From NCBI GenBank assembly GCA_902761035.1, contig CACWIW010000004.1, positions 3,981-67,980 on the forward strand: a stretch of DNA of 64,000 nt. The letters are read 5' to 3'. Shown here piece by piece: positions 18,082 to 26,805 of the stretch; position 1 is the stretch's first letter; the number at the start of each line of letters is the position of its first letter. The notes under the pieces were generated by a model. It searched no databases and had not been told where the DNA came from. It saw only the letters and a list, made by a program, of their open reading frames with translations. The translations under genes were made by a program, and so were the position numbers. This DNA comes from an uncultured bacterium (lineage in GTDB: Bacteria; Verrucomicrobiota; Kiritimatiellia; RFP12; UBA1067).

Positions 18082-19800
18082 TTAAAGAGCGGCAAGTGCC
18101 GATTCGAGATCAGCCTTGGCGCTTTCAAGTGCGGCGCGGTCAGCAGATTCTGCGGGAGACGCGGCAAGAGCAGAACGGATGGCTTCGACTTGTGCCTTGT
18201 TATAGACCTCCATTGCCGCCTTGACATCGACAAATGTCTTTTCTATGCCATCATTTACCTGCTTCATCACCTGCGTAGACACATTCGGCTTCGCTTCCTC
18301 AAGTCCTTTCTTAACCTGCGAAAGGATCAACTTCTTCACACCCCATTCCGCAGGCGAAAAGTTCTCGCCGAGTAACATCTTTGCGATGATAGCCGTAATC
18401 CACCCAAAAGGCAGGATCACATTGAGGAGAGCTACTTCTATGGCCTTGATGACGAGCGTTGGGACTTTTGCCGCAATCGGCTTCTCGATTTTCAATTCAT
18501 CCGAAATGAAAACATTCCACGGCTTCCGACATTCATCCATATTCTTCGCATAGCGATCAATCAGGCGATTGACATCGGACTTGAGCTTGAGCGCAATGAT
18601 GGAAACCTTGTCCTGCAGATCAGACCTGAGTGTCGTACTCGCCCTCTCAAGGACCTTCTTCATCGCATCAACATCCTCCTTCTCGGAGAATTCCGCATAG
18701 AACTTGTCAAACACTGCATCGACTGCGAGATTGACATCGCGTTTGATGTCGTCGTTCAGCGCGCTCACTTCATCCTGGAACCGCTCGAACGCCAGTTCGG
18801 CCTGCTCCTTGAAGCGGGCGACTTCGGTTTCAACTCTGGCGGCAAGTGCTGCGCGCTCGGCATCGGATTTACCTGCTGTCGCAAGTTTGGTAGCAATGCC
18901 AGCGAGGTCTTTCTCAAGTTCAACTCGAAGGAGATTCGCAATCTTCTCCTCGCGACCGGGAAGTGCGTTATCCGCAAGGAACTGGCGGATAGTCATGCGG
19001 ATTTCGGCGACATCTGACATGATGTCCTCAACCGACGAATCAAAGCAGTACATCTCGACGGGGATGTTGTCGCGGCCCATGTTAGTGAGATCGGCCTTAA
19101 TCGTGCGAAGAATATCCTTGCGCTCTTCCTGATCCTGATTCATTGTCTTTGGATTGAATGAAGCGAGAACCATTAGGCGGGAGATACCGTTTCTGCCCAT
19201 GATTTCCTTGCGCAGAAGACCACGTTCTCTGTCTCCTAGCGTCTTATCGCCGCGGACAACGAGGAGTGCCACATCTGCAGTGGGGATTATGCGCCAGGTT
19301 GTATCAAGCAGGAGTTCCTGATTAGGATCGTCGAGTCCAGGCGTATCCACAACTGTGAAACCGCGAAGTGCTTCATTCGGAACTTTCACGGCAACACGGG
19401 CACGCTTCTTTGCGAGCTCGGCACGCGTTTCCATTGCACTGGAAACCGTTACATCATTCACATCATCCTCAGTCGGGTTCGGTATCGTCTTCGCGAGCGT
19501 CTCGCCAGTTCGGCTGGTATCAGTCCAGTCATAAACTTCAAGTATCGGTGACGAAGCGTATTCGATGTCGGTGGCGACAGCCGTCGTGCAAAGCCCCCGC
19601 CCTTCGGAGAGGAGCGGTTTGTCGCCGAGAAAAACGCGATTGATTAGCGTCGATTTGCCGACCTGGTATTCGCCGACGACAGCGACGCGGTACTGGGGAT
19701 TCTCCAATCCGGCAATCTGCTTCTCGAGATCGACGGGGAGTGTGAGGCCGTGCGCCTTAACAGCGCGTGCGGCGTTGCGGATGGCTTCCTGTTTGCTCAT
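18082..19800 (-). CDS. Bacterial dynamin-like protein (BDLP/LeoA-like)
   Basis: 572 aa. G1 VVGEYQVGKSTLINRV (aa ~42-57), G3 VVDTPGLDD (~aa 150), helical stalk. Hydrophobic hairpin PTLVIKAIEVALLNVILPFGWITAIIAKMLL. Confidence 0.8.
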   Translation of the reverse strand: MSKQEAIRNAARAVKAHGLTLPVDLEKQIAGLENPQYRVAVVGEYQVGKSTLINRVFLGDKPLLSEGRGLCTTAVATDIEYASSPILEVYDWTDTSRTGETLAKTIPNPTEDDVNDVTVSSAMETRAELAKKRARVAVKVPNEALRGFTVVDTPGLDDPNQELLLDTTWRIIPTADVALLVVRGDKTLGDRERGLLRKEIMGRNGISRLMVLASFNPKTMNQDQEERKDILRTIKADLTNMGRDNIPVEMYCFDSSVEDIMSDVAEIRMTIRQFLADNALPGREEKIANLLRVELEKDLAGIATKLATAGKSDAERAALAARVETEVARFKEQAELAFERFQDEVSALNDDIKRDVNLAVDAVFDKFYAEFSEKEDVDAMKKVLERASTTLRSDLQDKVSIIALKLKSDVNRLIDRYAKNMDECRKPWNVFISDELKIEKPIAAKVPTLVIKAIEVALLNVILPFGWITAIIAKMLLGENFSPAEWGVKKLILSQVKKGLEEAKPNVSTQVMKQVNDGIEKTFVDVKAAMEVYNKAQVEAIRSALAASPAESADRAALESAKADLESALAAL

Positions 19801-19950
19801 GTTGTTTCTTTTCCTTTCACGATTCTTGTCTTCCTGATGGCTTGCGCCCTTTCAGACATCGGCGGGGGCGGAAAACGGAAAACTCCTCCGATGCATCGCA
19901 AGAGATGAAGTCACTTGCGACGCTTCCCATGGCCGCAGGGGCGGCGGTCG

Positions 19951-20420
19951 CGGGGCGACCGCCCTACCGTTCGGTCACGCGGGACGCGTGACCCTACCAG
20001 TTGGTCGTAACAAGCGCAACCCTCCCGCGCGGGAAATCTGTTGCCGAGGCGATTTGGGGCTCGCCCCTTCTCGTATTGGCGGAAATAGTATACCAAAAAT
20101 CAGACCCGCGAGCGGGATAACTTGGTAGAAAATTACTCCCGCCAAACCTCGCGCCCGCAGCCTGTTCGGAAATTCATTGTCCTATCCCCCGCCTGTTCAT
20201 AAGTCGGGCTCTGGGGGCCCAGATGTGTGTAGTCGGACATAGGTAACACTTAGGCAAAGGACATGGGTATTTGCGGCGGCTCGGCGGGACGCCTCGCCCC
20301 ACCATGCGGCGCGCTCGGTGATCGCGCCCTACCATGCGAACCGGTAGGGGCCGACCACCGGGCGGCCCGGAGGTGGGGCGAACCCTCCGGGTGAGCCGTG
20401 GCGGCTCGGCGGGACGCCTC
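19951..20420. repeat. GC-rich REP-like repeat block
   Basis: The identical 21-mer GGCGGCTCGGCGGGACGCCTC occurs at 20275-20295 and 20400-20420, 125 bp apart. CCCTACC-type motifs occur at 19962-19968, 19992-19998 and 20327-20333, with an inverted GGTAGGG at 20343-20349. Further short GC hairpins are present. Confidence 0.6.
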
Positions 20421-21870
20421 ATTCAGACTTAGCGGCCACCGCCGCGTGGGCGAGCGAGCGGAGGTAGAACGGCGGCAGCGGGAAGCCGAAGTCGTTTTTC
20501 AGCCTACCATGCCCGTTCCAGTTCCACAGATAGCGCACCTGCTTCGGATCGGCCACGCCGGCGGCGCGAAGCTCAACCGCCCCTTTGAGGTATTTGGCGG
20601 TGGCGGGCTTGAAGACGCCGTCCGAGCCGGCGATCTCGAACGGCGCGGGGTCAAGGCCGTGCATCACCCATTTCTGCACATGGTCGAACGCAAGTGTCAC
20701 CACGTCGCCCTTCACGGTCCAGGACTTGACGGTGGGGTTGTCACACGGCACGTCCTTGCGTCCGTACGTGCGGTTGAGCGCGAGCGCGGCGAGGCGCAGC
20801 GCCACCGTGCGCTTGTCGCCGGGGTGGATGTTGTCGCGTTCGCCCACATCAACGATCGTGGCCATGCCGGCGTATGGATTTTCCTTCGCGAACTTCTCCT
20901 CCGCCTCCCAGATGTCGCATGAGGAGGCTTCGGGATTTTCCGGTTTCAGCCCGTAGCTAAACGGCGCGATCTGCACCAGGTAGAACGGCATCTCGGGGTT
21001 TTCAAACGCCTTCGACCAGCCGTTCCAGAGCGCGTGCAGACAGTCCTTGTAGCCCAGGCCCTGCTTGCGGTTGCTCTCGCCCTGGTACCACAGCGCGCCG
21101 CGGAACGTAAATGGAACGAGCGGATGGATCATCCCGTTCCAGAGCGCGCGCGGCTGCTGGTGCGGACGTTTTCCCTTCGTGTTGATCGGACGGTCTGCCG
21201 AGGCCGCGAGCTTCTGCACGGACCGGTAGCCGTCCGGCGAGATCCACGGCTCGATGTACGTGCCGCCCCAAGCCGAGACGACGACGCCTACCGGCACTTT
21301 CAGCGTACGGTGGAGGATCAGCCCATAGTGGAACGCGAGGGCGGAGAACGACTTCTGCCGACCCGGCGCCAAACGATCCCACTTGAGCGGCGCGGACAAC
21401 TCCTTCGGCTGCGCGCTCCACACGCTCGGCACGGTGCAGGCGCGCACGAGCGGCTCATCGACGATCATCGCGTCCAGGTAGCCGTTGTTCTCGCGGTTTC
21501 CGTGCTGCCGCACGTATGGATCCGACCACATCACCATCGTCATGTTGCTCTGCCCGGAACAGAGCCACACCTCGCCCACGAGGACGTCCTTCACCGACGC
21601 GCCGTTCGCCATGAGCACGCGCCCCTCGCCCGACGCCTTCATCGGCGCGAGACGCACGATCCAGCGCCCGTCCGCGCCGGCCGTCGTGGAGACCGACTGC
21701 CCGGCGAACAACACGGTCACCTTCTCGCCCGCCGCCGCCGTGCCCCACACCGCGACCGGCTTTTCACGCTGCAGCACCATGCCGTCGTTGAACGGCGCCG
21801 CGAGCTTCACATCGGCCCGCACGCCACACGCGGCAACCGCCGCAACAACCATCAGATACATCTTTTTCAT
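20419..21870 (-). CDS. Sialate O-acetylesterase-like SGNH hydrolase, secreted
   Basis: Signal peptide MKKMYLMVVAAVAACGVRA, the CSGQSNM serine motif, 483 aa. Confidence 0.75.
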   Translation of the reverse strand: MKKMYLMVVAAVAACGVRADVKLAAPFNDGMVLQREKPVAVWGTAAAGEKVTVLFAGQSVSTTAGADGRWIVRLAPMKASGEGRVLMANGASVKDVLVGEVWLCSGQSNMTMVMWSDPYVRQHGNRENNGYLDAMIVDEPLVRACTVPSVWSAQPKELSAPLKWDRLAPGRQKSFSALAFHYGLILHRTLKVPVGVVVSAWGGTYIEPWISPDGYRSVQKLAASADRPINTKGKRPHQQPRALWNGMIHPLVPFTFRGALWYQGESNRKQGLGYKDCLHALWNGWSKAFENPEMPFYLVQIAPFSYGLKPENPEASSCDIWEAEEKFAKENPYAGMATIVDVGERDNIHPGDKRTVALRLAALALNRTYGRKDVPCDNPTVKSWTVKGDVVTLAFDHVQKWVMHGLDPAPFEIAGSDGVFKPATAKYLKGAVELRAAGVADPKQVRYLWNWNGHGRLKNDFGFPLPPFYLRSLAHAAVAAKSE

Positions 21871-21910
21871 TTTTTAGTTCTCCTTTAACATGTTTAACCG
21901 TCATTCGACC

Positions 21911-24900
21911 TTACCGCACGTAGAGCGTCATGCCTGTAAGGATGTAGACGCCGTCATCGCGCTTCTGCACGGTGTAGCCACGCGGATCGGAAGGATCGCG
22001 CACGAACGAGAGCGTTTCGTAGGTGGACGGCTTCGTCTCCTCGGTCCACGCGATGACCTTTCCGCCCTTCTCGCCCTTCCTCACCTTGATCGTCGCGCCG
22101 TCCGCGAACTCCAGGTCCTTCTTGCCGGTGTCGGTGAACGTCGAGACCATCGGCAGCGGCGTGGTGCGGTTTGCCAGGTCGATTGTCGAGCCGTCCAGCA
22201 GCGTGCAGCCGTAGAAGAAGTCATGCGCGGCGGGCTTGAACACGCCGTGCACGTTCATCTTGCCCGATCCCTTGTGCGTGGTAGCGCCCGACCAGTCCGG
22301 CTCGTAGCCGCCCACGTCGAACTGCGCGTCGATCTGCATGGCGCTGTTCACCTTGAAGTCCACGGTCGATGCGTCCGTCGCAGTGACGACGTGTAGCCAG
22401 CCCGTCGTCCCCGTCTCGATCCGCCCGTTGGCAAAAGAGGTGTTGCGGATGTGCCACGACTTCCCGGAGGCGATCGTGACCGTGAGCGTGTGTCCGCCCA
22501 GGTCGCACGCCCCGCCCTGGAACACGATCGAACGCGGGACGTCGAGCGAGGAATTCGCCGTCAGCGCGCCGATGCCGGAGCCCCCGTTCGAGGTCACGCC
22601 CATATCGTGCGGACCGCTGCTCGCGAACGTGCCGCCGTCAAGCCGCAGGAACAGCCCGCTGTCCGAACGGACGCCGTAGTACGCATAGTTCGCCCGCACG
22701 TCGAACACGGCGCCGTTCGTGACGGCGACAATGCCCGGACCGAATGCCTTGATTCTGTCGCCGCAGTATGTGATGTCAGTATCGCTCGGCGCGTCATGCG
22801 GCCGCGCCGTTCCCTCGGCGACGAGCGTGCCGCCCACGTACGTCTGGGCGATGGTCGAGACGAGCGTGCCACGTCCAGTCTTCACCAGCTTCACGCCGCC
22901 GGTGATGTTCACCGTGCCCGCCGTGAGCGTCTGCCCCTCCGGCACTTCAACGATCAACTCTCCCGCGGCAAGATCCGCGTCGTACTTCAAGGCGCCGTCG
23001 GTGAACGTGCCGGAGCCCGCATTGGCGCGGAACTGCTTGCCGATCTTGTCGTACAGGCCCAGTGCCCCGTCCGAGAGCCGCTTCGCAGGCACGAAGTCGC
23101 ACACGACCTCGCCGTTCTCCGAGAACGTGAGATAGTAGAGACGCATCCTCGCACATCTATTGGCATCCCAGACGCCGTTGCCCTGCTTGAGGTTGAAGAT
23201 GTAGGCGGGGCCGGCGGTGGACGTGCCTGCGGTGGCCGTGCCAAGCGTCGCATTGGTAAGCGAACCGCCCGTGATGGTGCAAGGGCCATGCCCGGACTTG
23301 TCGAGGTGGAAGGTGTAGTCCGTGTTCAGGGCCACCACGCCAAGATCGGTCACTTTGACGTCCTGTCCGCTCATGGTCTTCCAGAAGTAAGCGGTGCCCT
23401 TGCTTTTATAGTCGCTGACGAACACGCAGAGGGCAGCCTTTTCGGTACTGGTGCCGCGCATGCCGAACACGCCGTGCCAGTGGTTGTCGGTTGGCGTGGC
23501 CGTGAACTGCGCCTTGAAGTCCGCCGTGCCGGAGTTCATCGTGTAGCCGGTGTTGATGTATTGCGTGCCGGTGCCCTGGATGTATTGCAGCGCCACATAG
23601 CCCTTCGACGTGTCGGTAATGGTACCGGTGCCGGGCAGTGCGGAGACCTTGAGCTTGTGTCCGTTCAAGTCGATCGTGCCGTTGAACGCGGCGGCGGAAC
23701 CGAAGCCGCGCCAGTCGCAGTCCTCCGTGAGCGTGCAGTTGCAGACCACAAGCGTGCGGTTCGCGATCGTCTGTCCCGGCGGAACCTGGAGCGCCACGTC
23801 GCCCGTGATGCGCACGTCGGCAAGCGAACCCGGCAGCGCGTCCGCTATGACGCGCCCCGCCGCGTTTGAACAGGCCCAGTTGTCTGTATTGGAGATGTCT
23901 CCGTCGCCCGCCGCGCCCGTCCACCATGCGCTGTCCACCACCTGCGAGTCCGGGTCGGCGCCGTAGTAGATGCCGTCCGACGCGACAACGATCGGAACGT
24001 CGCCGGCCGCCGTGGCGGCGTCGAACTGGAAGGTGACGCCTTCAGGACGCACCGGCCATGCGACGAGCTTTTCGTACAGCTGCGGCGTGCGGCCGCTGAT
24101 GTCCACCGTGACCGTCGCACCGCTCTCGAACGTCAGCGTGCCGTTCACCTTCGAGCTGCTGAAATAGCATGGCGTGACGAGCGTGCCGAAGAGCTGGTTG
24201 AGGTCGAGCGTGGACCCGTTCTTCATCAGCGTGCTGTGGAACAGCGCCGTGTACGGCCTGAAGCATCCCGTCACCTCTATCAGCGCGCTCCCCTTGTCGT
24301 AGTTCTGCGCACACTTGCTCTCGTACGTGCCTGCGGACGTCGTCGCCAATGCGTTCACCGCCGCGCCGCGTATGTCGAGCGTCACGCCGTCGGCGAACGT
24401 GCAGTATTTGCTGTACGAGCCGAGGTCGATCCAACCGCCCGTGTTCGCCACCACGCGGCCGCCTCCGGTGAAGGTCGTGTTGGCCACGTAGAACTCCTTG
24501 CCGGGAGTGACGTCGATCGTAAGCGTGTATCCCCCCAGGTTGACCGTCATCGCCGCCGAGCTGCCATGGACGAATCCGTAGGCGTCGCCCGAAATTTTCG
24601 AATTCGCCGTCAGGCGCAGATTGCTGAGCCAGGCGTACCCCGACATGCCGTGGTCGTGCGCGCTCCGGATCTCGCCGCCCGCCAGCACGAATTTCATCGT
24701 GTGCTGGTTGCCGTTGCCGTCGAAGTCCAGCACCGCACCATCCTCAATCGTCACCTCGCTGCCGCTCGCGCCGTAGAAGTAGTCGTTGTTGCAGCTGGCA
24801 CAGTGGAATTCGCCCTCCTCCACAACCGTGCCGCCGACGTAGAACTGATTGCGCTTCGCCGCGATGAACGATCCGTCGCCGCTTTTGACGAGCTTGACGT

Positions 24901-26692
24901 TGCCGATGACGGAAACGCCCTTGTTCTCGCACTCCTTGCCCGCCGGAACATCCACATGCAGTTCGCCCAACACGGAACTGGCGGCGGCATTCGTCACGGT
25001 GCCCGCCGTGAAGGCGCCGCTGCCGCTGTTCGCGTAGAACCGGTGGCCAATCGTGTCGTACAGGCCCACCGCGCTGTCCGTGGTGCGACGCGCGGGAACG
25101 AAATTGCGCGTGATTGTGCCGTTCTCGGCGAACGTGAGATAGTAGAGGCGCATTTTCGCACAGTAGCTTGCGTTCCAGACACTTCCGTTCTGGTTGAGAT
25201 TGAATATGTAGGCTGGGCCGGAGCACGTGCCGGCGAGCGCCGTGCCGAGCGTGGCATTGTCGAGCGAGCCGCCGGTGATGGTGCAGGGGCCGGTACCGGT
25301 CTTGTCGATGTGGAACGTGTAGTCTGTTCCGGTGGCGACTGCGCCGAGTTCCGGCACGTTGACGTCCCCGTTGAGCGTCTTCCAAAAATACGGGACGTTG
25401 CCAGTTGTGTAGAGGAACACGCAGGCGGCCACCTTGTCACCGCCGCCGCCGTTGCGCTGTCCGAAAACGCCATTCCAGAGGCCATTTCCCGGCGTGCTCT
25501 GGAACTGTGCCTTGAAGTCGGCGGTGGTACCGGAGCCCATCGTGTAGCCGGTGTTGATGTACTGCGTGCCGGAGCCCTGGATGTAGTCGAGATACTCGTA
25601 GGCGGATTCGTCGGTGACGGTGCCGGCGCCGTCGATGCCGGACACCTTGAGCGCATGACCGCCGAGATCGAGGACATCGCCCGCCGTGGTGAACACGGTA
25701 CCCAGCGCGCGCCAGTCGGCATCCGCGGCGAACGTGCCGCCGTCCGCCACCACGGCGACGTTCGGCGCGACCTTGATCTGCGCGCAATCCCAGGCGCCCG
25801 CGCCCGCCGACGCGGCAAGATGGAGCTCGCCTGTCGCGAGGGCGCGTTCGGCGCGTTCGGGTCCGCCCGTGAACGTACCCGAGCCGGCGTTCGTCTTGAA
25901 TTCGCCCGTCGTGCAGTCGTACATGCCCAGCACGCCGTCCGAAAGACGCTTCGCCGGCACGAAGTCGTGGACGGTCGTGCCGTTCTCGGCGAAGCGGCAG
26001 TAGTAGAGACGCTGCCCGGCGCCGCTGCTCGTCCCGTTCCAGGGCGATCCGTTCTGGTTCATGGCAAAGAGCAGCGCGGGATAGGAGCAGTTGCCGGAAA
26101 GACCGCTGCCGAAGTCCCTTCCGTTGATCTGGCTGGTGCCGTCCTTGTCCAGCTTCAGATAGTAGTCAACGCCCGTGGCCACAACGCCGTTTCCGGTGAC
26201 GACATGATCATCGTCTCCCCTGAGCGACTTCCAGAAATAGACGTTGCCACTCTGCTTGTAGAGAAAGACGCCGAACCAGGTATTATTTGCCCCCGTCTTG
26301 CGCGTGCCGAAGACAGTCTTCCAATTCCCGTTGTTCGCAGGCAGATTGCCAGTGAAACGCAGACGAAGTTCGGCGGTCGTGGCCGACACCGGCGTGTAAC
26401 CGGTGTTGATGTAGGATGCACCGCCGCTCTCCAGATATTCGAGGCGGCGATAGACCGCGGCGACGGAACTCGTCACCGTGCCTGCGCCGGCGAGGCCCGC
26501 GACGGTGAGCTTGTGCCCGGCGAGATCGACCGTCGCGCCGGCCTCAATGGTCAGGACGCCGTCCACCGTCTCGTCGGCGGTGAGCGCGTAGTCCGAGCTG
26601 ATCGTGCGGTCCGCCGCATACGACGGCGATGCCGCCGTCATGCACAATGCCACAGTGAACGTTGAGAGCAGTAGCGTTGTTTTCATATGCAT
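21911..26692 (-). CDS. Giant secreted repeat protein (three ~200-aa lectin-like repeats plus beta-strand-repeat modules)
   Basis: 1593-aa ORF with signal peptide MHMKTTLLLSTFTVALCMTAASPSYA. Three internal repeats fall at aa ~80-277, ~364-563 and ~1031-1232, sharing Y(L/I)(E/Q)xxGxxYINTGYT...VFG...YFWK...RLYY..F.ENG....FVPA.R..D...G.YD......F.N.GSG.FT.G. VKLVK(S/T)G.G segments recall autotransporter-associated beta-strand repeats. Confidence 0.75.
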   Translation of the reverse strand: MHMKTTLLLSTFTVALCMTAASPSYAADRTISSDYALTADETVDGVLTIEAGATVDLAGHKLTVAGLAGAGTVTSSVAAVYRRLEYLESGGASYINTGYTPVSATTAELRLRFTGNLPANNGNWKTVFGTRKTGANNTWFGVFLYKQSGNVYFWKSLRGDDDHVVTGNGVVATGVDYYLKLDKDGTSQINGRDFGSGLSGNCSYPALLFAMNQNGSPWNGTSSGAGQRLYYCRFAENGTTVHDFVPAKRLSDGVLGMYDCTTGEFKTNAGSGTFTGGPERAERALATGELHLAASAGAGAWDCAQIKVAPNVAVVADGGTFAADADWRALGTVFTTAGDVLDLGGHALKVSGIDGAGTVTDESAYEYLDYIQGSGTQYINTGYTMGSGTTADFKAQFQSTPGNGLWNGVFGQRNGGGGDKVAACVFLYTTGNVPYFWKTLNGDVNVPELGAVATGTDYTFHIDKTGTGPCTITGGSLDNATLGTALAGTCSGPAYIFNLNQNGSVWNASYCAKMRLYYLTFAENGTITRNFVPARRTTDSAVGLYDTIGHRFYANSGSGAFTAGTVTNAAASSVLGELHVDVPAGKECENKGVSVIGNVKLVKSGDGSFIAAKRNQFYVGGTVVEEGEFHCASCNNDYFYGASGSEVTIEDGAVLDFDGNGNQHTMKFVLAGGEIRSAHDHGMSGYAWLSNLRLTANSKISGDAYGFVHGSSAAMTVNLGGYTLTIDVTPGKEFYVANTTFTGGGRVVANTGGWIDLGSYSKYCTFADGVTLDIRGAAVNALATTSAGTYESKCAQNYDKGSALIEVTGCFRPYTALFHSTLMKNGSTLDLNQLFGTLVTPCYFSSSKVNGTLTFESGATVTVDISGRTPQLYEKLVAWPVRPEGVTFQFDAATAAGDVPIVVASDGIYYGADPDSQVVDSAWWTGAAGDGDISNTDNWACSNAAGRVIADALPGSLADVRITGDVALQVPPGQTIANRTLVVCNCTLTEDCDWRGFGSAAAFNGTIDLNGHKLKVSALPGTGTITDTSKGYVALQYIQGTGTQYINTGYTMNSGTADFKAQFTATPTDNHWHGVFGMRGTSTEKAALCVFVSDYKSKGTAYFWKTMSGQDVKVTDLGVVALNTDYTFHLDKSGHGPCTITGGSLTNATLGTATAGTSTAGPAYIFNLKQGNGVWDANRCARMRLYYLTFSENGEVVCDFVPAKRLSDGALGLYDKIGKQFRANAGSGTFTDGALKYDADLAAGELIVEVPEGQTLTAGTVNITGGVKLVKTGRGTLVSTIAQTYVGGTLVAEGTARPHDAPSDTDITYCGDRIKAFGPGIVAVTNGAVFDVRANYAYYGVRSDSGLFLRLDGGTFASSGPHDMGVTSNGGSGIGALTANSSLDVPRSIVFQGGACDLGGHTLTVTIASGKSWHIRNTSFANGRIETGTTGWLHVVTATDASTVDFKVNSAMQIDAQFDVGGYEPDWSGATTHKGSGKMNVHGVFKPAAHDFFYGCTLLDGSTIDLANRTTPLPMVSTFTDTGKKDLEFADGATIKVRKGEKGGKVIAWTEETKPSTYETLSFVRDPSDPRGYTVQKRDDGVYILTGMTLYVR

Positions 26693-26733
26693 TTTTCCTT
26701 CCCCGCCCGAGGCACACCGCCCCGAACAGCGAT

Positions 26734-26762
26734 ATTTTATAACATCCTCGGCGCACTGTCAA
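26734..26762 (-). promoter_or_regulatory. Sigma70-like promoter for the giant gene (TTGACA-17-TAAAAT)
   Basis: The minus strand has TTGACA (26762-26757), a 17-nt spacer and TAAAAT (26739-26734). GGAAGGA lies upstream of the ATG. Confidence 0.45.
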
Positions 26763-26805
26763 TAGTGCCGAGAAATCCACGCAGTCCTCCGGGCATTCCT
26801 ACCCT

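Larger units (their letters stand above)
4140..19900. other. Putative horizontally acquired low-GC island next to tRNA-Gln (no mobility genes seen)
   Basis: Visible drop in G+C. The long spurious antisense ORFs that saturate the GC-rich flanks of the ORF track collapse here. Eleven co-directional minus-strand genes. The left border is the tRNA 3' end and the right border is a block of GC-rich repeats. Confidence 0.55.
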
